A stretch of DNA of 39,016 nucleotides, taken from positions 1 through 39,016 of the forward strand of contig CAZMBO010000009.1 of NCBI GenBank assembly GCA_964564655.1, written 5' to 3'. Source of the DNA: an uncultured Nitrospina sp. Its GTDB lineage: Bacteria; Nitrospinota; Nitrospinia; Nitrospinales; VA-1. Each line of letters opens with the position of its first letter. Position 1 is the first letter of the stretch. Shown piece by piece: positions 18,957-26,795 of the stretch. The translations under genes were made by a program, and so were the position numbers. Below the pieces are notes generated by a model. That model did no database searches. It was given only the letters and a program-made list of their open reading frames with translations, and was not told the origin of the DNA.

Positions 18957-20006
18957 ATGGAGATAAACCTTGAATTAGAAAATTTGAGCATTATCGGCGA
19001 AAGCAAGCCTATCCGTGATGTTTTTGACGTTGTTGCACGTGCTGCCGGGTCGCAAAGTACCGTCATGATTTATGGTGAGAGCGGCACGGGAAAAGAACTC
19101 ATCGCTCGGGCCTTACATATGAACAGTCCGCGCGCTTCTAAACCTTTTATTGCTGTTAACTGCGGTGCCATTCCTCACGAGCTTCTTGAAGGCGAGTTAT
19201 TTGGTTACGAAAAGGGTTCGTTCACCGGTGCGGTCAACACGCGTATTGGCCGAATGGAGTTAGCGAATCAAGGGACTATTTTTTTTGATGAAATAGGCGA
19301 TATGCCGACTTCCATGCAGGTAAAGCTTTTGCGGGTTCTGGCAGAAAGGGAAATCGATCGTATTGGCAGTACGAAGCCAACCTCCATCGATGTACGTGTA
19401 ATTACTGCTACCCATAGAAATTTGGAAGAGTCCATTAAAGGAGGTAGCTTTCGTGAAGATCTTTTTTATCGACTCAATATTATTCCAATCAATCTTCCCC
19501 CTCTGCGTGAAAGAAAAACAGACATTCCCCTTTTAGTGAACCATTTCTTAAAACAGTTCAATGGAACCGCGAAACCCAAAACCATCAGTGATGAAGCGAT
19601 GCAATTTTTGGTGAATTATTCTTGGCCTGGAAATATCCGTGAATTAGCAAATTTTGTAGAACGTATGGTGGTGTTGAGCATTGGTTCAACCATAACCCCG
19701 CGTGATCTTCCAGAAAAAGTACTTGGTGATACACCTAAAGAAAAATGGCAGCCTCTGGAAGAAGAGGAGGAAGACAATCCCGCGCAGATTTTGCAGCAAT
19801 CCCTAAGACAATCTTTTCATGTGGGAATCCCAGAAGAAGGCATCAACCTTAAAAAAATGGTTGAAGAGTTCGAAAAAGAATTATTGCTCGAAGCACTGGA
19901 AAAAACAGGTTGGGTGAAAAACAAGGCCGCAAACCTGTTGGGCCTCAACCGCACCACGCTCGTGGAAAAACTCAAAAAAATGAAAATCGAAAGACCTACA
20001 CGGTAG
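18957..20006 (+). CDS. Sigma-54-dependent transcriptional activator (bEBP) with only an AAA+ domain and a Fis-type HTH; no N-terminal sensor domain
   Basis: 349 aa. The AAA+ core starts at residue 12 or so (IIGES). Motifs: Walker A GESGTGKE, GAFTGA-loop variant GSFTGA, Walker B IFFDEIGDM, and a C-terminal HTH NKAANLLGLNRTTLVEKLKK. Confidence 0.9.
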   Translation: MEINLELENLSIIGESKPIRDVFDVVARAAGSQSTVMIYGESGTGKELIARALHMNSPRASKPFIAVNCGAIPHELLEGELFGYEKGSFTGAVNTRIGRMELANQGTIFFDEIGDMPTSMQVKLLRVLAEREIDRIGSTKPTSIDVRVITATHRNLEESIKGGSFREDLFYRLNIIPINLPPLRERKTDIPLLVNHFLKQFNGTAKPKTISDEAMQFLVNYSWPGNIRELANFVERMVVLSIGSTITPRDLPEKVLGDTPKEKWQPLEEEEEDNPAQILQQSLRQSFHVGIPEEGINLKKMVEEFEKELLLEALEKTGWVKNKAANLLGLNRTTLVEKLKKMKIERPTR

Positions 20007-20059
20007 GTCTCTGGTCGGCCAATTTTTTTTAGCGGATATAACAACTTAAGGTTTAGCAC

Positions 20060-20089
20060 GGGATGTTTGTTTAAAAAGCATCCTTTTTT
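20060..20089 (+). terminator. Candidate intrinsic terminator after the activator gene
   Basis: The sequence GGGATG-tttgtttaaaaag-CATCC is followed by TTTTTT. The stem is short and the loop long, so this is a weak call. Confidence 0.35.
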
Positions 20090-20320
20090 GCATCATAATG
20101 CCAGGTACGGCAAAATGGCCCGCGGGAGACGATTAATAAAATTTGGGGTACTCGGTGGTAATATAGTAGAAGTTGATTTCAGGCGAGGCAGAAAAGATTC
20201 CGAAACTACAGCTAAGGCTTGATGATACGGCTTGTCTTATGGGTGTCAACAAACTTATCTCTTCGAGGCATAAAGAAGTTTAATGTAGGAGTATTATACT
20301 GCTTCCCACATGCTAAGGAG

Positions 20321-20524
20321 TTAGCCTTCGATACGGGCGTTAGCGAGTTCCTGACCGACTTTGGTAATGTCTTTCACAAATTTTTGGAAAGCATGATCGG
20401 TATCTTTATGCTGGGTTTGTTGGCGGATATTCTCTCCATCGGCATCAATTATAAGGTCTAAAACATTGACCCCCGGTGTTACATGATGTTTTCTGATTTC
20501 TACTCTGATTTCATTGATTTCCAT
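20321..20524 (-). CDS. Small hypothetical protein (67 aa)
   Basis: The ATG at 20524 follows GGAGAAAG with a 4-nt spacer. The translation (MEINEIRVEIRKHHVTPGVNVLDLIIDADGENIRQ...) looks soluble and non-repetitive. I prefer it over the overlapping + strand ORF 20219-20461. I recognise no family. Confidence 0.5.
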   Translation of the reverse strand: MEINEIRVEIRKHHVTPGVNVLDLIIDADGENIRQQTQHKDTDHAFQKFVKDITKVGQELANARIEG

Positions 20525-20554
20525 GGGTCTTTCTCCAAACTAAACAGTTATTAA

Positions 20555-20581
20555 CGACAAGCAAAACAAAGTTGCTTGTTG
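20555..20581. repeat. Inverted repeat CGACAAGCAA-aacaaag-TTGCTTGTTG in a divergent promoter region
   Basis: The core is a perfect 8-bp repeat (ACAAGCAA / TTGCTTGT), extendable to 10 bp with one G:T. It lies 31 nt upstream of the small minus-strand ORF and 132 nt upstream of the 20713 gene. Confidence 0.5.
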
Positions 20582-20712
20582 TAGATAGAATTAGGAAATA
20601 AATTAATAGCATTTCAAAGGAATGGGGTCAAGACTCTTTATTCTTATAAGCTTAAGGTTTTGCTCCTTCTAGGGCACAGGGCCAGTGAGTTACAAGGGAA
20701 TAAGAGGACGTT

Positions 20713-22857
20713 ATGAAAAACTTAAAACAAATTATTGTTCTTTTTGTTATTGCCGGTTGTCTGGGAGCATTTTTTTATTTTGACTTAGGTCAATATCAAT
20801 CCCTTAAGTATATAAAAGAACAGCAAGCCAATTTTTCAGAGTTTTATAAAGAAAACACTTTATTAGCGATTAGCGTCTACATGGCAGTTTATATTGTGTC
20901 GACTGCGCTTTCTCTACCCGGAGCAGCATTTCTTACCTTGTTGGGTGGAGCATTATTTGGATTGCTGGTTGGAACGATTCTTGTTTCTTTTGCTAGCACC
21001 ATTGGAGCAACGCTTGCCTTTCTTGTGTCACGTTTTCTACTTCGTGACTGGGTACAAAACAAACTTGGAAGTTATTTAAAACCATTCAATGATGGGATTA
21101 AAAAAGACGGAGGCTTTTATCTATTTACACTACGTTTAATCCCTGTTATTCCGTTCTTCGCTATTAATTTGGTCATGGGTTTGACTCCCATAAAGGCGAT
21201 TACTTTTTATGGAGTGAGCCAATTAGGGATGTTGGCAGGGACGGTTGTTTTTGTAAATGCCGGAACGCAACTTGCGCAATTAGAATCTCTAAGTGGGATT
21301 GTTTCTCCAGAAATAATTTTTTCTTTTATCTTATTAGGGATTTTCCCTTTTCTAGCCAGAAAACTTTTAAGTTTTTATAAAGGAAGAAGAGTTATGAGTA
21401 AATTTAAAAAACCCAAATCTTTTGCTTACAACATGGTGGTAATCGGTGCGGGATCGGCAGGATTGGTTACCAGTTACATTGGAGCTGCAACCAAAGGGAA
21501 GGTGGCATTGATAGAGAAACATAAAATGGGAGGGGACTGTTTAAATACCGGATGTGTTCCCAGCAAAGCCCTTATCCGTTCTGCTAAATTCATGGCCGAT
21601 GTGAAAAAATGTCAGAAGCTAGGTTTTAAAAGTGCTCATATCGAGTTTGATTTTGCGGAGGTGATGGAGCGGGTACAACGTGTTATTAGAACCGTGGAAC
21701 CGCACGATTCTATAGAACGGTATACATCCCTGGGGGTCGAATGTTTTACTGGGGAGGCAAAAATAATTTCTCCTTATGAGGTAATGGTAAATGGAAAAAT
21801 TCTCACCACCCGCAACATTGTTGTTGCCACGGGAGCACGTCCTTCCATTCCCCCCATTGAAGGAATCGAAAATATTGAATACCTGACTTCTGATACCATT
21901 TGGAATATTCGCGAACAACCGAAAAACCTGCTTGTTCTAGGGGGTGGACCCATTGGATCTGAACTCGCTCAGGCATTTTCCCGACTAGGCAGTAACGTAA
22001 CACAGGTCGAATGTAATAAGCGGTTGATCTCAAAAGAAGACCCGGAAATATCGCAAATGGTTTTAGAAAGTTTCCAAGATGATGGAGTGAACGTGTTGGT
22101 AGAGCATATCCCAAAAAGATTTTTTCACCGGGACGGGAAAGATTTTCTGGAGTGTGAAAATAACGGCAATACGGTCGAAGTCGAGTTTGATACACTGCTG
22201 ATTGCCGTGGGCAGAAAAGCCAACACAACGGGATTTGGATTGGAAGGGCTAGGAGTAAAATTAACTGCACAAAAAACGATTAAAGTGGATGAATATATGA
22301 AAACCAATATCCCTAATATATATGCCTGTGGGGATGTTGCCGGGCCCTATCAATTTACTCATATAGCTGCTCATCAAGCCTGGTATTGCGCTGTTAACTC
22401 TATGTTAAGCCCATTTTTGAGATTCAAAGTCGATTACAGTACTGTGCCTTGGTCGACTTTTACTGACCCTGAAGTGGCACGCTCGGGTATGAATGAAATT
22501 GAGGCAAAGGAACAGGGTATACCCTATGAGGTCACCACTTATGGGATCGATGATTTGGACCGAGCCATTACTGATGAAGCTGCGCGTGGGATTGTTAAGG
22601 TATTGACAGTGCCGGGAAGGGATAAAATAATTGGTGTAACCATTGCTGGGTTACACGCAGGCGATATTATTTCAGAATATGTTGCCGCTATGAAAAATGG
22701 ATTTGGTATGAATAAAATTCTGAACACAATCCATATTTATCCTACCCTGGCTGAAGCAAATAAATTTGCTGCAGGGAACTGGAAGAAAAATAATGTTACC
22801 AAAAAAGCTTTGGCTTGGGGCGAGAGAATCAATCGATGGAGGAGAACCTATGTCTAA
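20713..22857 (+). CDS. Fusion protein: N-terminal DedA/TVP38-TMEM64 membrane domain plus a C-terminal class I pyridine nucleotide-disulfide oxidoreductase
   Basis: Residues 1-225 or so are multi-TM with the DedA-like LRLIPVIPFFAINLVMG. The remainder has the FAD motif VVIGAGSAGL, the redox-active GGDCLNTGCVPSK, the NAD motif LGGGPIGSELAQ and a dimerisation domain with HIYPTLAE. Confidence 0.88.
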   Translation: MKNLKQIIVLFVIAGCLGAFFYFDLGQYQSLKYIKEQQANFSEFYKENTLLAISVYMAVYIVSTALSLPGAAFLTLLGGALFGLLVGTILVSFASTIGATLAFLVSRFLLRDWVQNKLGSYLKPFNDGIKKDGGFYLFTLRLIPVIPFFAINLVMGLTPIKAITFYGVSQLGMLAGTVVFVNAGTQLAQLESLSGIVSPEIIFSFILLGIFPFLARKLLSFYKGRRVMSKFKKPKSFAYNMVVIGAGSAGLVTSYIGAATKGKVALIEKHKMGGDCLNTGCVPSKALIRSAKFMADVKKCQKLGFKSAHIEFDFAEVMERVQRVIRTVEPHDSIERYTSLGVECFTGEAKIISPYEVMVNGKILTTRNIVVATGARPSIPPIEGIENIEYLTSDTIWNIREQPKNLLVLGGGPIGSELAQAFSRLGSNVTQVECNKRLISKEDPEISQMVLESFQDDGVNVLVEHIPKRFFHRDGKDFLECENNGNTVEVEFDTLLIAVGRKANTTGFGLEGLGVKLTAQKTIKVDEYMKTNIPNIYACGDVAGPYQFTHIAAHQAWYCAVNSMLSPFLRFKVDYSTVPWSTFTDPEVARSGMNEIEAKEQGIPYEVTTYGIDDLDRAITDEAARGIVKVLTVPGRDKIIGVTIAGLHAGDIISEYVAAMKNGFGMNKILNTIHIYPTLAEANKFAAGNWKKNNVTKKALAWGERINRWRRTYV

Positions 22858-22914
22858 AGTTCTGGTTGCTTTTATTACTTTTTCTGTTTGTTGTTTTCTG
22901 TTAGGAGCGGCTTT

Positions 22915-24378
22915 ATGATTTGTGTTCCCATTGTCGGTGCCTCCATGCCCAAAGCATTGGAGCAAATCTCAGCAGCTGAAAAGGTTGCTGACATTATTGA
23001 GTTGCGCCTTGATTTGATTGATTCCTTTAATCTTAAGGTTTTATTAAAAGCAGTCACTAAACCCGTGATTGTCACTAACCGGAGTAAATTGGATGGAGGG
23101 CAGTTTAAGGGCAACGATGAAGAACGCTTACAAGCATTGCGCGATGCTCTTGCGGCAGGAGCCAATTATGTAGACATCGAAGTTTCTACTCCACGTGAAT
23201 ACTTGCAACCTTTCTTAGAGAGTTATGAAACTTCACGCATCATTCTTTCTTATCACGAATTTTCTAACACTCCCGATGATTTAAACCCACTTTACGAAAC
23301 TATGAGTGCTTTGCCTGGAGAGATTTTAAAAATTGTTACCTATGCCCGCGACCTTAGCGATAACCTAAAGATGCTCCAACTTCTTGAACGTGCCAAAAAG
23401 GAAAATAAAAAATTGATAGGACTTTGCATGGGAGATCTGGGAGAGATTAGTCGAGTGCTTTCTCCTCTGTATGGAGGGTTTCTCACTTTTGGCAGTCTGG
23501 AAACAGGACAGGAAAGCGCGCCTGGGCAAATACCGGCAAATTCCCTCAAGGATATTTATCGAGTTAATAATAAGCGCAAAGACTTCAAGGTTTATGGGGT
23601 CATTGGCAATCCGATCTCTAAAAGCATGGGTTACCTGATTCATAACCGTGCTTTTCGTGAGATCAACTCAGATGACATTTATGTGTCATTTCTAGTGGAA
23701 AATGTAGAAAAATTTTTTATCACGTTCAAAGATTTTTTTTCAGGATTGAGCGTTACTATGCCAGCAAAAGAAAACATTATTCCATTGTTGGATAGCGTTG
23801 ATACCACAGCGCGAAGTATTGGATCCGTCAACACCGTTGTCCAGGAAGAAGGAAGGTGGGTAGGCTACAATACAGATTATTCTGGTGCCATCGCGGCCCT
23901 TGAAACATACACTTCCTTGAAAGACAAAAATGTTTTGATTATTGGATCAGGAGGCACAGCAAGGGCCATAGGCTATGGAGTAAAAGAAAAAGACGCAAGG
24001 TTGACGGTTACTTATAATCAAAATAAGGAAAGGGCTGAAAGCTTGGCTCAGGAGTTAGACTGCAAATTCGTTCATTACAGGGACGCAGGCACTCGATCCA
24101 TAGACATTCTTATCAATTGTTCGCCGGTTGGGATGAATCCCAATATAAATGAAACGCCATTTCTTTCCAGAGACCTCAAAAAGGGAATGGTTGTATTTGA
24201 CTCGGTTTATAATCCACTAGAGACAAGACTGTTGCGCGAGGCTAAAGCAGTAGGATGTACCATTATTCCTGGAAGTGAGTTATTCATCAATCAAGCGGCG
24301 AAACAGTTCGAATTGTGGACTGGAAAAGCGGCCCCTATTGATGCCATGCGTGAAGTACTGATGGAAAAGTTGACCTAA
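22915..24378 (+). CDS. aroDE: Bifunctional 3-dehydroquinate dehydratase (type I) / shikimate 5-dehydrogenase
   Basis: The N-terminal half is AroD type I-like (MICVPIVG, IIELRLDL, ILSYHEF..TP, LKIVTYA). The C-terminal half is AroE-like (VYGVIGNPISKSMGYLIHNRAF, VTMPAKE, SVNTV, GYNTDY, IIGSGGTARA). I prefer the ATG at 22915, which follows AGGAG, over the TTG at 22888. Confidence 0.88.
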   Translation: MICVPIVGASMPKALEQISAAEKVADIIELRLDLIDSFNLKVLLKAVTKPVIVTNRSKLDGGQFKGNDEERLQALRDALAAGANYVDIEVSTPREYLQPFLESYETSRIILSYHEFSNTPDDLNPLYETMSALPGEILKIVTYARDLSDNLKMLQLLERAKKENKKLIGLCMGDLGEISRVLSPLYGGFLTFGSLETGQESAPGQIPANSLKDIYRVNNKRKDFKVYGVIGNPISKSMGYLIHNRAFREINSDDIYVSFLVENVEKFFITFKDFFSGLSVTMPAKENIIPLLDSVDTTARSIGSVNTVVQEEGRWVGYNTDYSGAIAALETYTSLKDKNVLIIGSGGTARAIGYGVKEKDARLTVTYNQNKERAESLAQELDCKFVHYRDAGTRSIDILINCSPVGMNPNINETPFLSRDLKKGMVVFDSVYNPLETRLLREAKAVGCTIIPGSELFINQAAKQFELWTGKAAPIDAMREVLMEKLT

Positions 24379-24716
24379 CCGTTAGGGCCATAACGGGGGG
24401 TAGTGGGGTCGATCACCTGTGACCATGCATCGATGCCGCCGACCAAATTGTGAACTTTTTTGAATCCGCTTTCGACCAACTCTTGTGCCACCATCTGCGA
24501 ACGCTCGCCATGATGGCATATCACTACGATTTCTTCCTCAAAAATAAATTCCTGCTGACGGTCCACGACTTCGCCCTGAGGGAAATTTTCTGATCCTTCA
24601 ATAGCGGCGAGGGAAAACTCCCAGGGTTGGCGAACATCGAGTAAAAAGATATCTTCTTTGCTATCCAGCTTTTTTTTTAGGTCAGTAGGCTGTAAAGGAT
24701 TAACAGAGTTCACAGT
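24375..24716 (-). CDS. Single-domain rhodanese (sulfurtransferase)
   Basis: Sequence reads LLDVRQPWEF...VVICHHGERSQMVAQEL...VHNLVGGIDAWS, with the active-site loop CHHGERS. The start is uncertain. The ORF track uses the TTG at 24773, which overlaps the upstream gene by 52 nt. The GTG at 24716 lies 5 nt after that gene's stop and gives a typical 113-aa protein. Confidence 0.8.
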   Translation of the reverse strand, partial: TVNSVNPLQPTDLKKKLDSKEDIFLLDVRQPWEFSLAAIEGSENFPQGEVVDRQQEFIFEEEIVVICHHGERSQMVAQELVESGFKKVHNLVGGIDAWSQVIDPTTPRYGPNG

Positions 24717-24721
24717 TTTTT

Positions 24722-26176
24722 TTATTGAAAGCCCATCATTGGCCAGTAAAAAACTAGCAGGATTAAAAAACAACCCAATCCGAACAAACTGAGAAGCGAG
24801 CCTGACCAGATCATTTCTTTTAAGGTCAGAAACCTTGATGAATAAGCCAGTGCCGAAGCGGGAGTTGCAATGGGCAATATGAAAGCAAAATTGCTTGGCA
24901 AAATTACAGTCATGGTTGCTAAAGCGGGATGTATGTCATAGGCCGGGCTCATGCTGATAGCCGTAGGTAAAAGAATTGCTATGACAGCCGAATTACTCAT
25001 GAACGTAGTTAATAATGTAGACAACAGGGCGATAACCAAAAGAAATATGATTGGAGAATCGACTATTCCCGAAAACAGTTTTTGAGCAAGCCACAATGCG
25101 GCACCTGTTTCTGACATGACCTCACCCAAGCAGATTGCCCCCCCATACATCAGAACGATAGCCCAATTAATATGGGTTTCTACCATTTTCCAAGTGATTA
25201 GATTTAGGACAAACAAAAGGACAATAGATAAGATGGCTATGTTGGCGATTCCTAATTGATCGCCAACAACAAACCAGCAAAAAAGTGTTATCACCATAAC
25301 AAGGGCAATGCCTTTTTCCTGAAAGGTCAGTTTTCCCATGGTATGAGATTTATGTTGTAATGCTTTTCTTGCGGCTTCAATGTCTTGAATGTCAGCAGGG
25401 AACAAAAATTTCAATGCCAGCCAACCTCCAGCAAACATCGTTAGCACCAATGGAAAACTCAACTGGGTGTATTGAAGAATGCCGATGGTTACAGTGCCGA
25501 CAGTGGACTTTTCTAGCATTTCGACAGCCAGCGGAACCCTGCCTCCGCCGAGAACGGTCATGGCCCCACCTATGATACATCCCCAAGCCATGGCGAAGTA
25601 CATACTCTTTGCAAAGACGGAGTTTTCTCTTTTAAGGTTCAGCGACTGTGTGATTTCGTGAATGATGGGAAACAAAATCACTGCCACCGCATGTTCTGAC
25701 ATAAAGCAGGAACTAATTCCGGCAAAACAATAAATAGAAATCATTAATTGTGATGGGGTGTTGCTCCAATTCTTCATAACCCAGATTGATATTCTTGTGC
25801 TGAGACCGCAAGAAACCATGGCGGCGGATAGAATAAAGACACCAAGAATGAAAAATACCGCCTTATTGCCAAAATAAGCGTAAGCCTGTGAAGCTTCCAT
25901 CACTCCCAAAAGAGGGACTGCGGCGATGGCTAAAAGACTGGTTATGGATAATGGGATTAGATTGGTAGACCATAACAACACGCAAAGTACGAAAAGGCAC
26001 AGGACCTTGTAGCCTTCAAAAGAAAGATCACTGGGGCCTTCCTGGATCAGTAATAACGCGAAAACCCCAAAGAATAGAGCCAAAAATAGGTATCGACGCA
26101 GTCTATCAAACAGCACAATCCAAAGTGGACGACGGTCCACAATAATTTGATTGGGTTGTGAATGAGATTCAGCCAT
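24722..26176 (-). CDS. SLC13/DASS-family anion:sodium symporter (ArsB/NhaD permease superfamily)
   Basis: A 484-aa polytopic membrane protein with an internal two-fold layout. Blocks typical of DASS permeases include SNSAVIAILLP and ILPIATPASALAY. The substrate is unknown. Confidence 0.8.
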   Translation of the reverse strand: MAESHSQPNQIIVDRRPLWIVLFDRLRRYLFLALFFGVFALLLIQEGPSDLSFEGYKVLCLFVLCVLLWSTNLIPLSITSLLAIAAVPLLGVMEASQAYAYFGNKAVFFILGVFILSAAMVSCGLSTRISIWVMKNWSNTPSQLMISIYCFAGISSCFMSEHAVAVILFPIIHEITQSLNLKRENSVFAKSMYFAMAWGCIIGGAMTVLGGGRVPLAVEMLEKSTVGTVTIGILQYTQLSFPLVLTMFAGGWLALKFLFPADIQDIEAARKALQHKSHTMGKLTFQEKGIALVMVITLFCWFVVGDQLGIANIAILSIVLLFVLNLITWKMVETHINWAIVLMYGGAICLGEVMSETGAALWLAQKLFSGIVDSPIIFLLVIALLSTLLTTFMSNSAVIAILLPTAISMSPAYDIHPALATMTVILPSNFAFILPIATPASALAYSSRFLTLKEMIWSGSLLSLFGLGCFLILLVFYWPMMGFQ

Positions 26177-26708
26177 GAGGTTTGGGTGCTAAAAATATTA
26201 AATGGGTAATTTTATACAAATTGGTCCAGCCTGCGATGATAACCCGTAGATACCCTAAAGGGCTATAACAATTTTTCAGTGGGAAAACCAAAGAAAGGAA
26301 TCAATATTTCAAGTCCAACGGAATAGCGCCCCTTAACTATTGGTTTTTAGTGGATACTTAATGCAGGTTTTGTTTCAGGTTGCTATTGAGTTTTGAGTGT
26401 ATAGACCATTGGAAGTGATCATTACCCGTGTCCACATTCTCTACGGTATGCAATCATACCAAATACGTAAGGTTAAATAAATGGCTTGCCTTAGCGGTGT
26501 GGATAATATTTGTATCGTTATCCAGCTTTTCTGCCACAGAAGTGAGATATAACCATCCTATTTAGAATATTTACCTTTTTATAATAAATATAATATAAAT
26601 TTTTTTGGGGTTTCTGAGTTTTCAATGGTATCTTTGTCTAATTACACTCTTTTTTAGATTTTCAAAAGAAAACTCTAGCATTCTGTGGGTTTTATAGGAG
26701 TGTTTTGA

Positions 26709-26795
26709 ATGGATAAAAAACAACAAATTTTTGAAAAAAATCGGTATTTAAAACGACACCTTAGTACTTTGAAAGGCTTTATTGAATGGGTATGA
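26709..26795 (+). CDS. Candidate 28-codon upstream ORF overlapping the leuC start
   Basis: AGGAG at 26696-26700 precedes the ATG at 26709 by an 8-nt spacer. The peptide is MDKKQQIFEKNRYLKRHLSTLKGFIEWV. Its TGA stop (26793-26795) overlaps the second in-frame ATG of leuC (26792) as ATGA. The ORF is too short for the ORF track. There is no homology evidence. Confidence 0.3.
   Translation: MDKKQQIFEKNRYLKRHLSTLKGFIEWV

Noticed and set aside
20219-20461. An 80-aa + strand ORF overlapping the 67-aa minus-strand ORF.
   Set aside because: It has a TTG start without an SD and a hydrophobic, irregular sequence. The minus-strand alternative has an ATG with a GGAG-type SD. The choice is still not certain.
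20671-20686. AGGGCAC-N-CCAGT upstream of the DedA-reductase gene, as a possible sigma-54 promoter.
   Set aside because: The -24 half (GGCAC) is good, but the -12 element lacks the GC dinucleotide (CAGT versus TTGC). That is not enough to call.
20713-22857. Calling the flavoprotein domain a mercuric reductase (MerA).
   Set aside because: It has no C-terminal vicinal Cys pair and no N-terminal HMA/NmerA domain. No mer operon genes are present. Only the generic CxxxxC disulfide reductase core is there.
26709-26795. The uORF as a classical leucine attenuation leader peptide.
   Set aside because: It has only three scattered Leu codons, with no Leu run. I could not find alternative terminator/antiterminator hairpins with a U-tract between it and leuC.
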